DNA of 17,358 nucleotides from Candidatus Asgardarchaeum abyssi (GTDB lineage Archaea > Asgardarchaeota > Asgardarchaeia > Asgardarchaeales > Asgardarchaeaceae): assembly GCA_040225955.1 (NCBI GenBank), contig JBECUL010000045.1, positions 1 to 17,358 on the forward strand, in the 5' to 3' direction. The translations under genes and the position numbers were made by a program. The notes below the pieces were generated by a model, which worked only from the letters and a program-made list of their open reading frames with translations, was not told the origin of the DNA and did not search any database. Of the stretch, positions 16,527 through 17,358 are shown piece after piece (positions within the stretch are counted from its first letter, which is position 1; every line of letters begins with the position of its first letter).

Positions 16527-17168
16527 TCACTGAATACTCTTATATTTTATTCCAATAAATGAAATATAATCTGCTATTTCTTCTGCTTTATCAGAGATTC
16601 TGCCCAGAAATACTACTATCTCTTTAAGGATAATTTTAATTTCTGTATCTATATCCTCTGTCAGAATTTTCTTTATAACATCGAATTGAGCATCTCTAAC
16701 CTGTTCCCTTAGTATCTCCACTTCTCCACTCCTTTTAAATGCCAAGTTTATGTCTTCCCATAAAGCTTTTTCCGCGTCAAACATAGTCTTAACGGTTTCT
16801 AATGTTTTCATTGCTAATTCCTTAATAGGTTTAATTAACGAACTTGGTACTTTAATCGGATATATCATTAAGTATCTAGCAAGCAATTCTGATCTATCTG
16901 CAACATCATCAATTAAGTCGAGAAGTTTAAATCTATCTTGACCGATATATGGCGGCATTGTTTCTCGAATTAGTATACATAATCGTCTTCTGAGGCTGTC
17001 AGCCTGATTCTCAAACTCAATAACCTTTTTAGCTTTTTCATGAAGTAAGTCATATTTGTCGTCGCAGAATGAATTAACAGCATCAACCAAATGCAGTACA
17101 CTTTGGTAAGCATATTCTGTGTGTATGTCAAACATTTTCTCCAAATCTAATTTTTTCTTAGTAGACAT
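16527..17168 (-). CDS. DUF47/PhoU-like phosphate transport regulator
   Basis: FENQADSLRR, DRFKLLDLIDDVADRSE and ISDKAEEIAD helical-bundle motifs; adjacent to a PiT gene. Confidence 0.88.
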   Translation of the reverse strand: MSTKKKLDLEKMFDIHTEYAYQSVLHLVDAVNSFCDDKYDLLHEKAKKVIEFENQADSLRRRLCILIRETMPPYIGQDRFKLLDLIDDVADRSELLARYLMIYPIKVPSSLIKPIKELAMKTLETVKTMFDAEKALWEDINLAFKRSGEVEILREQVRDAQFDVIKKILTEDIDTEIKIILKEIVVFLGRISDKAEEIADYISFIGIKYKSIQ

Positions 17169-17220
17169 AACAACACCCAGAACTCTAATTTTAAATAATA
17201 AAATAGTATTTATTTTTAGT

Positions 17221-17318
17221 ATGCTTGTTTCATTAATATTAATTTTGGCATTGTCCTTTTATATAGCATGGAGTATTGGAACGAATGATGAAACCATGGC
17301 AACACCCGTTGGGTGTGG
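17221..17318 (+). CDS. N-terminus of an inorganic phosphate transporter (PiT family), cut off by the terminal duplicated sequence
   Basis: MLVSLILILALSFYIAWSIGTNDETMATPVGCG resembles the PiT GAND...VGSG signature. TATA-like TTTAAATA at 17190-17197 suggests a leaderless start at 17221. Confidence 0.75.
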
Positions 17319-17358
17319 TGACCATATGGATGAAATTTTCTGATTTGATATTAAATTT
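17319..17358 (+). repeat. 40-bp exact direct repeat of 7914-7953
   Basis: TGACCATATGGATGAAATTTTCTGATTTGATATTAAATTT occurs at 7914-7953 (inside the thrC-like gene) and at the window end. Confidence 0.97.

Noticed and set aside
16195-16941. ORFs 16195-16530(-) and 16750-16941(+)
   Set aside because: Antisense shadows of hsp20 and DUF47.
17119-17343. 74-aa ORF as a complete small protein
   Set aside because: It is a composite of upstream non-coding/antisense sequence, the true PiT N-terminus from 17221, and a tail from the duplicated 40 bp.
7914-17358. Integrated mobile element bounded by 40-bp att-like direct repeats
   Set aside because: No integrase, transposase or replication gene; the cargo is housekeeping; the repeats fall mid-gene and at the sequence end, which favours an artefact.
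1-17358. CRISPR arrays, tRNA/rRNA genes, IS elements
   Set aside because: No periodic repeat-spacer units, cloverleafs, GC-rich rRNA-like tracts or transposase motifs were seen by eye.

Overview
AT-rich archaeal chromosomal segment (Shine-Dalgarno motifs of the GAGGTGA/AGGAGGT type, archaeal AhcY, AsnRS and two-subunit aconitase X, a C/D box sRNA). A Rab-like small-GTPase-fold protein suggests, but does not prove, an Asgard archaeon. Most genes are housekeeping: ahcY (partial), acyP, asnS, nrdDG, AcnX large/small, pepQ, Hsp20, DUF47 and PiT. Five things stand out. (1) A threonine-synthase-fold protein has lost its PLP Schiff-base lysine and carries a C-terminal PadR wHTH; it sits next to an HmpT/PdxU2-like ECF S-component gene preceded by a 36-bp palindrome with perfect 17-bp arms, giving a candidate vitamin-B6/metabolite-sensing regulon. 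(2) An unannotated dual-guide C/D box sRNA whose two guides tile one contiguous target resembling the 16S rRNA 5' end. (3) A ~165-nt highly structured, switch-like leader upstream of an ATP-cone-less nrdD. (4) A Rab-like pseudo-GTPase. (5) The last 40 bp of the window exactly duplicate 7914-7953 and truncate the PiT gene, probably an assembly chimera. All calls come from reading the sequence; no database searches were run.
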